NCBI GenBank assembly: GCA_024638765.1
Contig: JAHEJT010000004.1
Location: 174 to 64,173, forward strand
Reading direction: 5' to 3'
Source: Verrucomicrobiales bacterium
Lineage (GTDB): Bacteria > Verrucomicrobiota > Verrucomicrobiia > Verrucomicrobiales > DEV007
Length of the DNA: 64,000 nucleotides
Below are positions 63,156 to 64,000 of the stretch, piece after piece. The position numbers and the translations under genes are program-made. The notes under the pieces are model-generated. The model was given only the letters and a program-made list of their open reading frames with translations, ran no database searches and was not told the DNA's origin. Every line of letters starts with the position of its first letter. The stretch's first letter is position 1.

Positions 63156-64000
63156 ATGCCCGCACCCATTCGCTTCGGTCTCATCGGCTTCGGCCGCTTT
63201 GGCAAAAACCACGCCCGGGCCATCGCGCACACCGAGGGCGCGGAACTCGTCGCCATCGCGGCACGCTCGCCCGGGTCTTGCAAGGAAGCTGAGGCCGCAC
63301 ACCCCGGAGTCGCCACTTTCACTGATTTCCGCGACATGCTCGCGCGTGACGATATCGATGTCGTCGATGTCGCCGTGCCCACGCACCTGCACTTCGAGTG
63401 CGGCAAGGCTGCCCTGGAGTCCGGTAAACACCTCTTCATCGAAAAACCCATGGCGCCCACCGTCGCCGAATGCCGGGAACTGATTCGGTGCGCCGAGGAG
63501 AAAAACCTGAAGCTCGTGGTCGGATTCAAACGCCGCGTCGCCCACCTTTGGAAAGGCGTCAAGGAACTCGTCGACAAAGGAGTCGTCGGGACACCCCAAT
63601 ACGCCGTCTTCGAACTCTGGCGCTGGCCTTATCGGCAGGGCTCCGGGGGCTGGCGTTACGACATCGACCGGGTCGGCAGCTGGGTGCTTGAGGAACCGGT
63701 CCATTGCTTCGATAAAGCGCGCTGGCTGCTCGGCCCCGCCCTCGGGGAACCGGAATCCGTTTTCGCGGCCGCCAGTTCACGGCAATCCGGGCATCCGGAG
63801 TTACAGGATAATTTCTCCGCCATGCTCAACTTTCGGGAGGGCTGTCACGCCGTGGTCACCCAAACCCTCAGTGCCTGGGGTCACCATCACGGCTTGAAAT
63901 TGACCGGGACCGAGGGCGCGATCCTCGCAAAATGGGACGGCGCTACCGACGACGCCCTGCCAACCTCCTCCCTGCACTACATGCACAGCACGACGCGCGA
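63156..64000 (+). CDS. Gfo/Idh/MocA-family oxidoreductase, 3'-partial (runs off the window); absent from the supplied ORF track
   Basis: My own translation from ATG 63156 gives MPAPIRFGLIGFGRFGKNHARAI...DVVDVAVPTHLH...LFIEKPMA..., open to nt 64000 with no stop. No signal peptide. Confidence 0.8.
   Translation, partial: MPAPIRFGLIGFGRFGKNHARAIAHTEGAELVAIAARSPGSCKEAEAAHPGVATFTDFRDMLARDDIDVVDVAVPTHLHFECGKAALESGKHLFIEKPMAPTVAECRELIRCAEEKNLKLVVGFKRRVAHLWKGVKELVDKGVVGTPQYAVFELWRWPYRQGSGGWRYDIDRVGSWVLEEPVHCFDKARWLLGPALGEPESVFAAASSRQSGHPELQDNFSAMLNFREGCHAVVTQTLSAWGHHHGLKLTGTEGAILAKWDGATDDALPTSSLHYMHSTTR

Noticed and set aside
1-64000. tRNA, rRNA, transposase, integrase, phage, toxin-antitoxin or known defence-system genes
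   Set aside because: I scanned the intergenic regions for tRNA T-arm-like GGTTCGAATCC-type motifs and scanned the ORF translations for recombinase, nuclease or Cas-like motifs, and found none. This was by eye only, so a covariance-model or HMM scan could still find small RNAs.

Overview
GC-rich bacterial chromosomal segment with about 50 protein-coding genes. By eye I found no rRNA, tRNA, CRISPR array, transposase, integrase or recognisable defence genes. The gene content points to a polysaccharide-degrading member of the PVC superphylum (Verrucomicrobiota/Planctomycetota-like). It includes four Cys-type sulfatase domains, TAT-exported xylose-isomerase-like TIM barrels, Gfo/Idh/MocA oxidoreductases and two DUF1080 proteins. 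It also has four beta-propeller 'dehydrogenase' proteins joined to HEAT repeats and cytochrome c or cupredoxin modules, and many prepilin-type N-termini. Layout: 1-18 kb holds an M1 aminopeptidase, a GH-like propeller, a divergent sulfatase pair (one fused to a propeller-HEAT-cytochrome c giant), and a transporter/MetE-like/enolase-like operon. 19.1-36.0 kb is an 18-gene type IV pilus / T2SS-like filament locus with three paralogous Cys-free pilins, two giant pilin-like proteins, PilB-, PilT- and PilC-like proteins and a secretin. 36.3-39.1 kb is a hybrid histidine kinase. 39.3-64 kb holds redox giants, a sulfotransferase/GT-C envelope cluster, a TIM-barrel/DJ-1/pentahaem cytochrome/propeller operon, a third sulfatase, a porin with a sigma54-type promoter match, and DUF1080 and Gfo/Idh/MocA genes. 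Several sequence-level structures are not explained by the genes. A 29-nt inverted repeat sits inside the signal-peptide codons of the divergent sulfatases. ATTCGYG repeat arrays with 10-bp phasing lie at 5' ends. Stop-codon-anchored heptamer arrays and inverted repeats bracket two convergent intergenic regions. There is a 44-nt palindrome, and there are REP-like hairpin families. All functional calls come from motif recognition by eye; no database search was run.
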